26,951 bases of DNA from a virus. Taxonomy: Duplodnaviria; Caudoviricetes. A model generated the notes under the pieces. That model was not told the origin of the DNA, made no database searches, and saw nothing but the letters and a program-made list of their open reading frames with translations. Made by a program: the position numbers and the translations under genes. The DNA lies in IMG/VR virus record IMGVR_UViG_3300025084_002795, positions 1 to 26,951 of that record, one strand, 5' to 3'. Below, in pieces: positions 26,327-26,951 of the stretch. Within the stretch, counting starts at the first letter, position 1, and the number at the start of each line of letters is the position of its first letter.

Positions 26327-26712
26327 ATTACTATATAATCGTTATCTGTTGTATTCGATATGAACTCTTCGTTCTGAGTTAGATATACTACTTTATCAAT
26401 ACTTTGTGATGCATAAACTTGCATTGTTCCACTATAAACACTACCTGATACTGAACCACTTAACTGAACTCTAAACTCTTGAGCATCTCTTACAGTACCC
26501 TCTAATGATTGAGAGAATGTAAGGATTGATTCATATGGATTGTATGTATATGAACCACTTAAATCATAGTATGATGAACTATAAGTCATCATATCTTGTA
26601 ATATAAGTGTCATATCTTCTGAACCCGAATCTGAACCACTAATGATTACACTAGCAGTATCTTGTGTGCGGACTGTAAATTCATTACTTTGTGATATATA
26701 ATACGATAGCAT
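26323..26712 (-). CDS. Structural protein upstream of the portal (SGS-rich)
   Basis: 129 aa, ATGA overlap with the portal gene, own promoter motif. Confidence 0.65.
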   Translation of the reverse strand: MLSYYISQSNEFTVRTQDTASVIISGSDSGSEDMTLILQDMMTYSSSYYDLSGSYTYNPYESILTFSQSLEGTVRDAQEFRVQLSGSVSGSVYSGTMQVYASQSIDKVVYLTQNEEFISNTTDNDYIVI

Positions 26713-26729
26713 ATTCTAATGTTTAGTAT

Positions 26730-26737
26730 TATAACAA
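26730..26737 (-). promoter_or_regulatory. Putative late promoter motif TTGTTATA
   Basis: 17 nt upstream of the ATG at 26712. Confidence 0.6.
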
Positions 26738-26795
26738 ACAACCTTTAACTTATAATTAAAACGAAATAACTCAACATTAACTAGGATATAGACAT

Positions 26796-26824
26796 AAAAA
26801 AACCTCTCACGAAGAGAGGTTTTC
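26796..26824 (-). terminator. Rho-independent terminator
   Basis: Minus strand AACCTCTC-TTCGT-GAGAGGTT-TTTTT after the tail-tube gene. Confidence 0.85.
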
Positions 26825-26853
26825 TTTATTTTAGTCTCAATAAGTAATTCTAC

Positions 26854-26951
26854 TTAATTTGAACCGTATACAATTGTTGGTTTATCAATTGCTGCTAATC
26901 CTGCGAAAGGGTCTGCAACAGTTGAACCACTAATGAACGCTGCTGGAAGTT
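26854..26951 (-). CDS. C-terminus of a probable major tail (tube) protein, partial
   Basis: ...LPAAFISGSTVADPFAGLAAIDKPTIVYGSN* followed by a strong terminator. The identity is inferred from synteny only. Confidence 0.45.
   Translation of the reverse strand, partial: LPAAFISGSTVADPFAGLAAIDKPTIVYGSN

Noticed and set aside
1-26951. Alternative genetic code (stop-codon reassignment)
   Set aside because: Core genes are full length in code 11, and TAG/TGA act as normal stops with start overlaps.
1-26951. tRNA, rRNA, integrase/att site, intron or intein
   Set aside because: No cloverleaf or recombinase motifs were seen, TerL and portal are uninterrupted, and the GIY-YIG gene is free-standing.

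Overview
This is an AT-rich tailed-phage (siphovirus-like) genome segment, and almost all real genes are on the minus strand. The probable host is Bacteroidota: there are TAnnTTTG-type promoters and essentially no Shine-Dalgarno sites. In minus-strand order: C-terminus of a probable major tail protein, portal, head-tail adaptor, tail terminator with a C-terminal extension, fibre and Gly/Cys-rich tip, HK97 gp10-like neck, distal tail/hub (hub split in two), tape measure, XkdF-like prohead protease and small head-type proteins. Then come a divergent early region (outer-membrane beta-barrel, nucleotidyltransferase, candidate sRNAs), a wHTH replication initiator with internal iterons, GIY-YIG nuclease, sigma-like factor, ribosomal protein bS21, TerS/TerL, a -1 frameshifted tail chaperone, a second fibre with a beta-propeller tip, and the start of a probable scaffold gene. 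Main candidates for new biology: (1) two paralogous anchor-fibre-tip cassettes, one anchor lying behind a slippery T10 run; (2) bS21 in an apparently small (~30 kb) phage, with His in place of the anti-SD-sequestering Tyr; (3) intergenic hairpin RNAs whose loops are complementary to start codons; (4) a TGTTAWA late-promoter regulon; (5) a pervasive S/T-G-S motif in virion proteins. All protein calls come from motifs recognised by eye, not from database searches.
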